Shown here in pieces: positions 26,601 through 37,335 of a stretch of DNA of 64,000 bases (position 1 is the stretch's first letter; each line of letters opens with the position of its first letter). The notes under the pieces were generated by a model. It made no database searches, was not told where the DNA came from, and worked only from the letters and a program-made list of their open reading frames with translations. A program made the position numbers and the translations under genes. Source of the DNA: Camelus dromedarius (taxonomy: Eukaryota); assembly GCF_036321535.1 (NCBI RefSeq), contig NC_087436.1, forward strand, positions 78,556,001 to 78,620,000, in the 5' to 3' direction.

Positions 26601-29600
26601 ATTTATTTATTTAGGCTTGTCTTACTACATTAGCTAGGAACTCCAGAAAAATGTTGAAGAGAAATGTTGATGTCTGAAATACTTGTTTTGTTTCTGATGG
26701 AAAAATGAATAATTTCTAATGCTTCAGTTAAGTATTAAATTTACATTCAAATTTTGATAGGTATCTTTTAACAAGCTATGAACATTTCTTCCTATTCCTC
26801 ATTTGCTAAGAAATTTTATCATGAAAGGAGGTTGCATTTTATCAAATGCCTTTTTCACATTGAGTTAATAATTTTTCTTCTTTACCCTGTAAATATGATG
26901 AATTGCACATTACATATTTGTATGTGTTGTTGAATTCAATATGTTATAGTTTATCATTGTTGCCTCAAAAGACTCAGTCCACAAATGTATAAAAACTATA
27001 TGTGATACGCCATGTGCAGTTGTATTCTCCTGTAATTTTTCAGTCTGTCCTGTGCCTGTGGTTAGTTTTATTTTTTCATTCCTAACCTCTCTTTATTTTT
27101 TATGGGAGTTATAATTAACATATAATATTATATTAGTTTCAAGTGTACAACACAGTGATTCAATATTATTTTATATTATTAAATGCTCACCACAATAAGA
27201 CCACTTACCATCCTGTCACCATACAAAATTGTTACAGTATTATTGACTATGTTCCCTATATGTACATTACACCTCTGTGACTTACTTTATAGCTGGAAAT
27301 TTGTACCTCTTAATCCCCTTCACCTATTTTGTCTGTCCCCCTACCCCTCTCCCCTCTGGCAACCACCTCCAAGCTTTTTTTTTTTTTTTTTTTGGAGGGG
27401 GATGTCTTTTGAAAAGATCAGTTTTTGATTTATTTATAATTCCATTCAAAACTTAGTTGATTCTAATCTCATTGCTTCTAATCATTTCCAAGTGATTGTG
27501 GATACATGTGAAGTTCTTTTCCAGACGTATTTCTGAAGCCTGGTTATTTCTTTGCTTCCTTGCTCATGCCTTCCTCTCATGTTAAAGGCAACTACTTTGA
27601 GACCATTAGGCTTGGTTGGATAGGAAGTTTATACCCCTAATCTGATCTCTAATGCAGGGCAGAATCTTTTTTTTTTTTCAATTGAGGTAAAATCCACATA
27701 ACATAAACTTAACATTTTAAAGTATACATTTTAGTGGCATTTAGTACATTCACAATATTGTACACTCATCACCTCTATCTAGTTCCAAAACCTTTTCATC
27801 ACCCCAAAAAGAAACTTCATACCCATTAAGCAATTACTCCCCAGCCCCTGGCAACCAATAACTTACTTTCTGTCTCTATGGCTTTATCAGTTCTGAATAT
27901 TTCATATAAATAGAATAACATAATCTGTGATCTTTTGTGTCTGGCTTCTTTCACTTAGCATGATGTTTTTGAGGGTGATCCATGTTGTAAGCATGAGTCA
28001 GTACTTCATTCCTTTTTGGCTGAATAATATTCTATTGTATATATGTACCACAACTTGTTTATCCATTCATCAGCTGATGGATATTTGGGTTGTTTCTGCC
28101 TTTTGGCTACTGTGAATAATGCTGCTATGAACATTCATTTACAAGTTTTTGTTTGAATACTTGTTTTCAATTCTTTTTATGTATGTACATAAATGGAAAT
28201 GCTGGATCATATGGTAATTTTATTTTAACTTTTTGATAGTTTTAAGGAACTTCCCAACTATTTTCCACAGTAGTTGAACCATTTTACATTCCCATCAGTG
28301 ATATGAGGGTTCCAATTTCTCCACATCTTCTTCAACACTTGTAATTTTTCATTTTTTTTAAATTACAGCCATGCTACCAGGTATGAAGTGGTATCCTTAT
28401 TTTGATTTGCATTTCCTTGATTACTAATGATGTTGAGCATCTTTTCATGTGCTTGTTGGCCATTTGTGTATCTTCTTTGGAGAAAATCTATTCATGTCCT
28501 TTGCCCATTTTTAATAGGTTCAGGGGGGTTTTGTTTTTGAGGAAGGGTAGAATCTTAATGGGCTTTTGTCATTAAAAAGCCTTTTCAATCTTACGTCTTA
28601 TTATTTGGGCCCAAATCCATCAGCTTATCCAATCTTTCAGTGTTCCACATTTCTGCAGTCTCTCTATTCCTTTTCATGTCTTCTTGCAAACCAGCCAATT
28701 GTTACCTTGCTAAAATGTAGCTAGTAACAAGAACTCACACTACTACCATTCTATTTTCCAAACTTCTTCTAAAATGACAGATTTAATGATACTTTGTCTG
28801 CCTTTCAGATTGTCACATATGATAGTTTTAGCAAATATTTTACCGTGCATAGCATTGGTCTTTATGTTTCCAATCTCTAATATTAGTTTGTTCTCTGCTT
28901 ACCACCTGGTGGTTAAGCCACTGCTATGTTTTAGGGTTTTGTCATAACAATATCTCATCCAACTACCAATTTCAATATTAGAAAAACACTAGCTGTACCA
29001 GCATACCTCAAGTTTTCAGTGTTTTAACTCAATAGAGGTTTGTTTCTTGGTTGTATAATGGTCTAAAGCAGGTTTTCAGTGAGCAGATTTCCACATGGTA
29101 ATCCAGAAACCCAGGCTTTTTCCATTTTGTGACTTTGTCATTGCCTTGGCCCCTTAGAGTCTCAACTTCAGGTGGCAGCTGGTTAAACATGGCGTGGAAG
29201 AAGCACATTTGCTTATAGCCACGTTAGCCCAAAAGTGACACTCATCACTTCTACTCACAATCTATTGGTAAGAATTAGTCTTATAGCTTTGCATAGGTGC
29301 AAGGGGTAGGAGAGAAACATGGTCTGTGATTGGAGAGTCTCTTGCCAGCAACAACTCTACACTACGGAAGGGGAACTTAAAGTCTTCAGTGGATAGCTGG
29401 CTGTCTTTACCACATCTGGAAGTTTATCACTAAAGGAGATTCTAAAGGAAGTATAGAAAGTGGTAAAGGTGTGGGTAACACTAAATGAATCTTGACTGCA
29501 ATATAGGTTCCTCTCCTTATCCCTGACAAAGGATAATAAATTGTATTATCTAAAGACAACAGACCTAAGAGATTCTAAACTCAGACACCGGGTGCAGTTG

Positions 29601-32600
29601 AGGCCAGAGTGACTGTCATATTAAAATTAGGCGGACTAAATGAAAATCTGCATCCTGAATATAGTGACCACTCCCCAACATCTCTCCCAGGCAGCCTCAC
29701 CCAGGCAGGAGATTAGACGATTCCTCTCTAAGAAAACTGACCAGGTCGAGGGAAAATGAGGTACAGATACTGACCTACAGATACTGAGGTACTCCCCCAT
29801 GAAATGGTCATGTCCACACCAGATTATCCTACAGTGAAGCCCACCAAATGATAGCCCTCACTCACTCATGCTGAGTTTCCAATCATCGTTTTAGTAAATC
29901 AACAACACAGTTCATGAGATATTTGGGAAAAAAACCTGTAATTTAAAAAAAAATCAAAATAAACAGGAAAAAAGGAACTCAGACAAAACAGATAATGCAG
30001 AAGCAAAAGAAAGCTTCATTTGAAAAATTCTCTAATGTCTTTGGAAAAATAATAGAAGATAATACATATTTAATATCTTATAATAACCTAAGTGGAAAAG
30101 AGTCTGAAGAATATGTGTGTGTATGTGTGTGTATAACTGAATCACTTTGCTATACACCTAAAACACAGCATTGTAAATCAGCTATACTTCAAATAAGAAA
30201 AAAATACACAAAAAGGAAACATGAGGCAATAAAGAAGCATTGAAATCTAAGTCATATATTTAGCTAACACTGAAAACAGCCTCTGCAATCATGCTATTTA
30301 CTCATTATTTACTTAATTAAAACAATGTAATAAAATAACCAAAATGTGTACTGCCATTGCAAGAACATTTATGTAAAGTATCTTCAAATTAACTGGAGAC
30401 AGAGATATGTAATCATGAAATGTTTATTAAAAAGTATTGCTTGGTAAAAAGGAAAAAAAAAGATAATACAACCCTGAAACAAGAATGTAAATCTATATAA
30501 AGCTTATTTATTAAACAAAAAGATCTTTTGGAAATTAAAAAATAGTAAAATTTTTAAATTTAGTTGAATTATTTTAATATAAAGTTGAGGCATCCTCTCA
30601 GAAAGTAGAGCAAAAAGAGAGAGAAAAGATAAGAGAATCAGTTAAGAGATCCAATATATGAGTAACAGGAGTTTCAGAAAAAGAAAATGACGGAATAACA
30701 GGGGAGAAAATCAGATTAATACAAGAAAAATTCTGAGAACTAAATAATGAATTTCCAGATTCCATAAACAAAAAACAAGGACCATAGCAGGGCATGTAAT
30801 CTTAAAATTATAGAACATTAAAAAGGAAGAGAAGATTCTGAAGGCTTTCAGAGAGAGAGAAAAAACAAAGACTTGGCAATTAGAATAATACTAGAATTCA
30901 CAAAAGCAACATATGGGTGCAAAAGAAAAATAAAGGAATGCTTTGAAAATTCTGAAGGAAAATTATTTCCACACTAGGCTTCTATATACCCAAACTACCA
31001 ACTCAGGGTAGAATTAAGACATTTCTAGGCATGTAAATTCTCAGAAACATGCCTCCCACTCACCCTTTCTAAGATGTTTTCTGCAGATATTTTTCACCAA
31101 TAGGAGGGAATAAATCAAGAAAAGGGAAGAAATGAGATTGAGAAAACAGAAGGCCCATCACACGAGAAGGGCATTCCCAGGATATTGGTAAAGAAAGATC
31201 CAAAGATTAAAGCTCTAGGTATAGCAAACCTAGACCCCAACTAAACCAGACTGGAGCAAGTCAAAAGGCTCTGTGAGGAGCCTCCAGGCAAAGCAGGAGG
31301 ACACAACCCAGGAGCCATCAAAGGAAGGGTATTTTCCCCCGCTCCTTTTTGGAGAGTTTAGTAGTGAATTACTGGTTGCTAGATTAAAAATAAACATTTT
31401 AACTATCTACCTATTATTAGCTCTAGAAAAAAAAAGTTACACATTAAAGTCAATGTAGTCAAATATACTTGAATACACTTAAATATTTACAAAGTTTTAA
31501 TTAAACAAAAAGAGGCTAGGAAAGAAGGGAAAAGTGTGTTTGGGGAAGAAGGGTTTGGAGGTATGGTAGGAGTTATATCCTCTCTTCTATAGTTGGAAAC
31601 AGAAAAATCATGGTATACATATAAATAAATAGATACATATATATATACACACACATATATATGCTTTCTAGTAATGCAGAGGAAAACAAACACCAGGAAA
31701 AAATAAAACAGCTAAATGAAGTGCATTCAACAAGTTGGGGTTTGGGGGGTGGGTAGGGAGGAGGGAGGTAATTGGTTTATTTTTAGTGCAGGTATTGGGG
31801 ATTCAACCCAGTATTTACTGAGCACCCACTATAGGTCAGACACTCTTCTAGGTCAGGGTTTCTCAACCATGGTACATTCTGGACTGTCCTATGCACTGTA
31901 GGATGTTTATCAGCATCCCTGGCTTCTATTCACTAGATGCCAGTAGCACCCCCTACAGTCATGACAATCAAAACTGTCTCCTGGTATTGCCAAATGTCTC
32001 CTAGAGGTCAAAATGACCCCCAGTTAGGAACCACTGATCCAGGTAATAGGGATACAGCAAATAACCAAAACATACAAAAAAGAGCTGAGAGTGATTACCT
32101 CTGAAAAATAGAGATCAGAATGGGAAGGAGCTGGGCAAGATAATGCAGCTTTTACTCTTAAGCCTTGTAGAATTCTAACTTTTCAAATTATATGTGCATA
32201 TTACATTAATAAAAGAGAAAGTAAATAAGAGAAGAATGTAAAGTCCGTTTATACCTTAATTCAATATTTTTACACAAGGCAGTATGGTCATGCAATTCTA
32301 GATTTGAATTCCAGCTTCATCACTTACTCTAAATCTGAGGCAAGTAACAAAACTTTCTGAGCCTCATTTTTTCCAACACTATAAAATAGGAATACTCACA
32401 TAAAATTATAATGAACATTGCATATTATTATGCAAAATACATATAATGCCTGTCATACAATCCCTGCATTTAAAGCATTCAATAAATTATAACATCTTGG
32501 AAAATACTCCCAGTCACTAGCTTCCATGTGCCAGATCCTTGGGAATAACAAATGGCATCTTGGATATATAAGCCTGGGCTCCCATTATTTGTCATACGTT

Positions 32601-33886
32601 AGAGTCATGAGGCCATCAAGCAGCATACCAGGATCATGCCATTAATAGCATGCATCGTAATCATGAGCCTTGATTTTGTTCTTGAAAAATCACCATATAC
32701 ACTGAGTAAAGAAGCTGATCTGATGCATGAAGAAAGATAACTGAAATTTGTTAGAATTTTACTTCTTATCCAGGTGGCAGATAGCAGAAATCCATGTAAG
32801 CACCAAGCAATTTACCTGTATTACGGCTATATGAAAAGCAGTTACATGTATTTTAAAAACAAAAAGGAGTGGACCAAATGAAAACAATAAAGCTTTTTGC
32901 AGGGGATGAGGGAAGGATTTTACAATTCCGTGTGGCCTTGTTTCATCTCTCTCCACTGCTCCTTCAATTCTGTCAGTAATTTGAGTAAAAGTGAGCTATT
33001 TTGTTTAGGTTTAATTATGTTAATATATAAAACTTTTTCTATTGTACTTAACAAAATCCATTTTATTATTCATCAAAAATATTAACTATCACAATGGCAT
33101 AATTTATTCTTATATGGCAGTCTAGATATGCTATCCTCACTATCTCAGTTATGCCTAACAATCTGGGCGACTCCGTAGTACATGCCCTTATCCTCATTTA
33201 CTAAACAGATTTAGTCATTCATTTTTTCAACAAATACTAATTGAACACCGGCTCTATATCGTGCACTGTTGGGAATATAGCAATGAATGCAACAGACAAA
33301 AATCCCTGCATTCATAAAGTTTACATTCTCAACAAACAATAAATAAGTAAAATTTACATATTGTTAGATGAAAGATAAGTACTTTGGAGAAAAAATGTAT
33401 TGAAGGGAAATAAGGTTTCAGGGATGGAGATGGAGGTAGCAATTTTAAATAGGTTTATAAGGGATAGTGGCATTTAAGTAGAATCATGAAGTGAAGATGA
33501 GGAAGCTGAAGTTCAAAGAGTCAGTAACTTGTTCAAGGTCACGAAGTTAATAAAGCCAGTAAAAGTATAGCTGACCACAATAAGGAATCTTGGTGCATCG
33601 TTTTATAATAGCTGCTCAGACCTATTGAGACTTTTTGGGATTGGTCCCAAATTAAATCTGTTCTTTTAGATGGTGCTAAGTATTGTAGTGTGCACATTAA
33701 TCCAGAAATGGAAAGAAAAGTTTACATCTGTGTTTATTTTTATTTCAGGCCAAAGAATCCAAAAAAACAAGAAAGATTCTTAGGAGGATATGGTGGAAAC
33801 ACTTCAAAAAGATTATCATTATCACCGTGGCAGTTCTCCTTTCAGTCATCATCCTTCTTTTAAGTACAAATGTAATACCAACCTGA
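9689..33886 (+). CDS. VAMP9: Longin-domain R-SNARE (VAMP7-like / VAMP9), 6 coding exons, 214 aa: join(9689..9766,12929..12999,14583..14679,16330..16431,21444..21602,33749..33886)
   Basis: Exons of 78+71+97+102+159+138 = 645 nt, all GT-AG with compatible phases and no internal stop. Protein: [214 protein letters not shown]. It is collinear with recalled VAMP7. The symbol rests on recalled synteny of VAMP9/VAMP9P with HNRNPD and is less certain than the family call. Confidence 0.85.
10130..11100 (-). mobile_element. L2-like fragments with a short nested L1 3'-end insertion (~10890-10975)
   Basis: L2 hallmark (ttcaacccacatttattgagca) plus a T-rich L1 3' end flanked by repeated tcaattttt. Confidence 0.5.
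12929..12999 (+). CDS. VAMP9: VAMP-like exon 2 (longin)
   Basis: Acceptor atttttag|GAA; encodes [23 protein letters not shown] plus AG; donor AG|gtatgg, phase 2. Confidence 0.8.
14583..14679 (+). CDS. VAMP9: VAMP-like exon 3 (longin)
   Basis: Acceptor ctcttttcaaag|[19 protein letters not shown] aligns with VAMP7 YLFHYICQDRIVYLCITD. Donor AAT|gtaagt. Confidence 0.88.
16330..16431 (+). CDS. VAMP9: VAMP-like exon 4 (end of longin)
   Basis: Acceptor ttttcccag|[17 protein letters not shown] aligns with VAMP7 AMNSEFSSVLAAQL. Donor ATG|gtatgt, phase 0-0. Confidence 0.85.
16850..17180 (+). mobile_element. L1 3'-end fragment
   Basis: L1M-type 3'UTR text (taagtgaaataagacag...gggtacagagtttcagtttggg...aaagttctggagatggatgg). 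Confidence 0.7.
17190..17920 (-). mobile_element. L1 3' end (ORF2 C-terminus and 3'UTR)
   Basis: Minus-strand ORF 17386-17601 contains [17 protein letters not shown], an L1 ORF2 C-terminal motif; T-rich tail at the left end. Confidence 0.8.
17628..17658. repeat. (TG)15 microsatellite
   Basis: Read directly from the sequence. Confidence 0.95.
18210..18750. mobile_element. MaLR (MLT-type) LTR fragment
   Basis: MLT-like phrases (gtaacaaatttaccgcaaa, ggaagctctggggaagaatctgcttc). Confidence 0.6.
19915..21230 (+). mobile_element. L1 fragment: ORF2 start joined directly to ORF2 3' end and 3'UTR
   Basis: Endonuclease-start-like sequence ([26 protein letters not shown]) at 19995-20075, followed by C-terminal ORF2 and 3'UTR sequence ending in an A-rich tail. 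Confidence 0.8.
21444..21602 (+). CDS. VAMP9: VAMP-like exon 5 (SNARE motif)
   Basis: Acceptor cttctatatag|ATG; synaptobrevin-type heptads [39 protein letters not shown]; donor ACT|gtgagt; 159 nt, phase 0-0. Confidence 0.92.
21860..23020. mobile_element. L1 3'-end fragments in both orientations, with a nested short insertion
   Basis: L1 3'UTR motifs. Minus-strand ORF 22821-23015 ([13 protein letters not shown]...[11 protein letters not shown]) is an L1 ORF2 C-terminus. A 21-bp direct repeat lies at 22095-22115 and 22222-22242. Confidence 0.7.
24563..24657 (-). mobile_element. tRNA-derived SINE (camelid-type)
   Basis: Reverse complement reads agctca..gtggtagagtgcatgcttagcatgcacaaggtcctgggttcaatatccagtacc with A/B boxes and an A-rich tail. 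Confidence 0.8.
24790..28520 (-). mobile_element. Cluster of antisense L1 fragments in VAMP-like intron 5
   Basis: T-rich ORF2 and 3'UTR sequence. The element at ~27670-28545 is flanked by a TSD-like aggg(c/t)agaatctt. Confidence 0.75.
25857..25976 (-). mobile_element. tRNA-derived SINE (camelid-type)
   Basis: Reverse complement gggggaggatatagctcaagtggcagagtgcatgcttagtatgcatgagattcagggttcaaacccc, with repeated aacattaaaa flanks. Confidence 0.8.
28970..29410. mobile_element. MaLR (MLT1-like) LTR fragment
   Basis: MLT1-like phrase aagtgacactcatcacttctactcacaatctattgg. Confidence 0.5.
29420..31300 (+). mobile_element. Old L1 5'/ORF1 remnant
   Basis: A-rich ORF1-like text (aacaggagtttcagaaaaagaaaat, ttgaaaattctgaaggaaaattatttc). 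Confidence 0.6.
31854..32036. mobile_element. hAT DNA transposon (MER20-like)
   Basis: Terminal inverted ends cagggtttctcaacc ... agttaggaaccactg, with internal MER20-like text (gacaatcaaaactgtctc...ttgccaaatgtc). Confidence 0.7.
33749..33886 (+). CDS. VAMP9: VAMP-like exon 6 (SNARE C-terminus, WWK juxtamembrane motif, TM anchor, stop)
   Basis: Acceptor ttttatttcag|GCC; encodes [48 protein letters not shown] at 33884-33886. Confidence 0.9.
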   Translation, partial: AKESKKTRKILRRIWWKHFKKIIIITVAVLLSVIILLLSTNVIPT

Positions 33887-33913
33887 CCCTTCTCCCCATC
33901 CCCAGCAGGTACC

Positions 33914-33919
33914 AATAAA
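33914..33919 (+). terminator. Poly(A) signal of the VAMP-like gene
   Basis: AATAAA 27 nt after the stop codon, followed by TG-rich sequence. Confidence 0.6.
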
Positions 33920-36269
33920 TTGTTGTATGTAATTATAGAGTTCTACAACCAGCAATGATGAAAGCATTCTCTAGTGGTTGGAGGACTGGAGGAAGAGGGG
34001 GTTGTAAGTTTTCCTTGCCTCTTTAGTGTCCCTTGCCTCTTGTCTTTGTACATCTTCCATTTCTGTAATCCCATGTTTTGTCTTGCTCTTTTTAACCACT
34101 GCTCCATTACGCTTCTCTTTGTTAATATTACAAGCACAAGTCCTGGACTCAGACTGCAAAGCTTCAACTCTCAACTCTGCCATGTACCATCTAGGGGACT
34201 ATGGACAAGTGAGTTAACCTGGGCCTGTTTCCTCATCTATAAAATGGAGCTAATGATAATATCACATAGAGTTGTTGTTACTACATAGTAAATGCTATTT
34301 AAGTGTTAACTATTACTTAATAGGAAAAGATGATTGCAGTTATGGCACTGATTAAGTCCCCATCATCTTACCCCTTACTCAGAAAAGACCTTGACCTTTA
34401 AATTTCCTTAGAAATGTGAATCTTAACAAGAGTACTGTCCAGATATGCATTCAACTCTTCTACATATTCTTTCATTTGAAATGAAAATTCAAACCACTGT
34501 GTTTTATATTAGGCATATCCTTGGGTAAAGATATAAAAAAATAGGAAACTGTATCATTTCTCTAATAAATCACAGGTCATGTTTTCATATCTTACCACTC
34601 TAATACCCCCCCCTTTTTTTTCTGAGTGATATGCTTCATCCAATAACCTTGAATCACTAAGATTTCTAAAAACCAAAACATTCAACTTCACTCTGCAGTT
34701 TGTAACATGGTCTCATGAGTTCTATATCCTAAGTGGGAACTTGAGGTCTAAAGTCGGTTTTAAAAATCATAGTGACCAAAAGGGAAGAATAAAAAGATTA
34801 GAATAGGGGTTCTTGACTACTAGAAAGCTCATTGTAATTCTGATAATGATCAAATGTCAGCATTTTAAATAGGTACCAATTCCTCCAGCACAGTATCACC
34901 TTTCCATTCACAAAGTATTATTTAAAGCATTTTAGATGTTAGAAAATTTAGAGTTTCTGCAATACGTATGCAGGAAAAAGTCTGATATAACGTATTAAGC
35001 GCTTTGGTGGAGGGGGTGTCTCATTAAATTTTACAATGGCATCAAGAGGTAAAAACTATCAAGTAAGTTAGTATAAAGTACATAGAACAGTGGCTGGCAT
35101 GTATTCTGTTAATGTGAGTTCATATTACTGTCTTTATTTTGTAGATGAGAAAATAGCAAAGTTAAATGGCACGCTCAAGATCACACAGCTAGAAAGCTGA
35201 GATTTTACTGATTCAAGTACTGACTGATGTATACATAGCCATGAAACTCAACTGTCTAAATCAGAGTATATTATCTGACCTTTTAAGTTAATTGTGGACC
35301 GGACAACACACATCAGTACTCTTTTGCTTTTTGCCAGGTTAGTACGTTGTGCTGGGGGCGTAGAGACAGGAATTTGAAAGGAGTATTGTGAGAAGAGGAA
35401 TTGTCATGCATTTTGCTGCCATTATTTTTGCAGCCCTATAAAATTTGCCTCTTAATATTTCTATAATTTATGATTATGTATAAAACAATGTATTTGTATC
35501 CTGATTGCCAGCTGGCATTAGCATACTTATTGCTACAAGACATCAAACTAAAGATCACCTCATCTAGCCACCCTCCTCCCCAGTTTTACAAATAGGATGC
35601 CAAGACCCAGAAGCCTAAAAATAAATAACATGCCTTTGCAAGCGCCTCTCCACTTGCAGCATATTTAAAGCACCTTGGTTCCAGCCAGGAAGTTCTATGT
35701 AATGCCTGTTTTCCTAGGCAGTCTTAAATAGTGTTTAAGAGTTTTCCAGATAACTTGCATTTTCATCAGCTGTTGAAAGCTGCTAGGAAGAAGGAAAGCA
35801 CTCATTAAGTAAGGAGTTTGTGCTACATCTGTCAGAATGTACCTGAGTAGAAAGAAACAAATATTAAGACAATCTTAGATTTTTCATTTATGCATACAAA
35901 TGTCGTTGAGTTCCTACTCTGCACTAAAACGGTCCTAAAATACTGGGATTTATTCTGAGTTACCACATTGATAGAGATAACGGATGTTTGAGAAATTACT
36001 GGCTGTATATAAAAGTGTTAAGAAATGGTCCTGATCCTAAGGGAAGCTTACATACCAGTTGAGGAGGCAAGACCGATAAAAATCATAAACATGTTAAAAC
36101 GTCTACTTAAGTGATGCATTGTGTGGCAGAGAATAAATCCAGGAAAGATAATGAACAACACCAACTCCAGTCACTGAGGAAGATTTTCATGGATTATATA
36201 AGTAGGATGGGAATTGGACCTTACTAGGAATCAAATTTATCTCAGTAAGTAAAGGCAGTCCCGTTAACA

Positions 36270-36420
36270 CTAAGTCATTGAGCACTGATGCACCAGTAGC
36301 TATTGAAGTACTTTATTTAATTCTCACAACAACCGTGAGGTAGGTACTAATATCATTCCCATTTTACAGATGAGAAAATTGAAGCACAAGTTATGTCATT
36401 TGCCAGAGTCCACTGGGCTA
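36270..36420. mobile_element. MIR SINE
   Basis: MIR core text (cccattttacagatgagaaaattgaagcac). Confidence 0.7.
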
Positions 36421-37194
36421 ATAGAGTAAGAGGAAATAGGATGAACAAATGAAGACACTGCTGTGGGTGTGGAGAAAGTGGTCTAGACCTTGGGAGTTCA
36501 ATCATGCATTCATCTATTCATGCAGACAGCATGCAACAGAGCTCAGCATTTGGGTCTCTTCATTTTCCACACTGCTCAGGGTGCTTTTGTTCACTCCCAT
36601 GGCATTGCCTTCTCTAGCAATAACCTCCCTTCTGAATTCCAAACCATTTCCTAAATCTCTACTGCAGATTAGATATCATGCAAACACTTCAAATTTTAAA
36701 TCCGAAAACCCCTAACTACATATTCTTCCTCCTTTCCCCACAAAACTGCATATTTGTTTCCTATTTTTCATTTCCTATTTTCCATTTTCCTATTCCTATT
36801 CTTTATTTCCTATCTCTATAAAGGAGATTGAAGTTTTCCTGTAATCTAGAACTGTCTTGGCCTACCATGACTCCTCCCTTCTGCTCACCTCATCTTCCCA
36901 AATTACTCACCAAAATCTTCTATATTAAATCTCCTGAAGATTCATACCAGGGAAGCCCAGAAGAGTGACAGAAGCAAAAATAGGAAGTCCCTGCAGATAA
37001 CCGGGCAAGCTTCAAAAAAGGCAACGTCTCCATCATGGTGGACAGCTGTGTGTCTACTCTCCTCAAGTCTGGCCAAATCATACTTTTTGTATTGAGTGCC
37101 TTGCACACAGACAGACAATAACATTTGATACTTTTTCACAGGCATGATTTCCACGGCTCTTAAACATAACCAAAGCAATAAATAATGAAGCTTT

Positions 37195-37335
37195 GATTTT
37201 CAACGCTCTGCATCAGAATCACCTGGGGGTCTTAGTAAGACACATGCCTGGACTCCACCCCTGAAGATTCTGCTTAAGGCTGGAATGGGGCCTCAAAGTG
37301 TGTTTTAACCCTACAGTGAAGTTGAGAACAACTAA
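37195..37335. mobile_element. MER5-like hAT fragment
   Basis: Text gcatcagaatcacctggggg...agttgagaacaact. Confidence 0.55.

Noticed and set aside
9689..33886. Calling the gene VAMP7 itself or a processed pseudogene
   Set aside because: Too divergent from the highly conserved VAMP7, it has five introns, and it has no stops or frameshifts.
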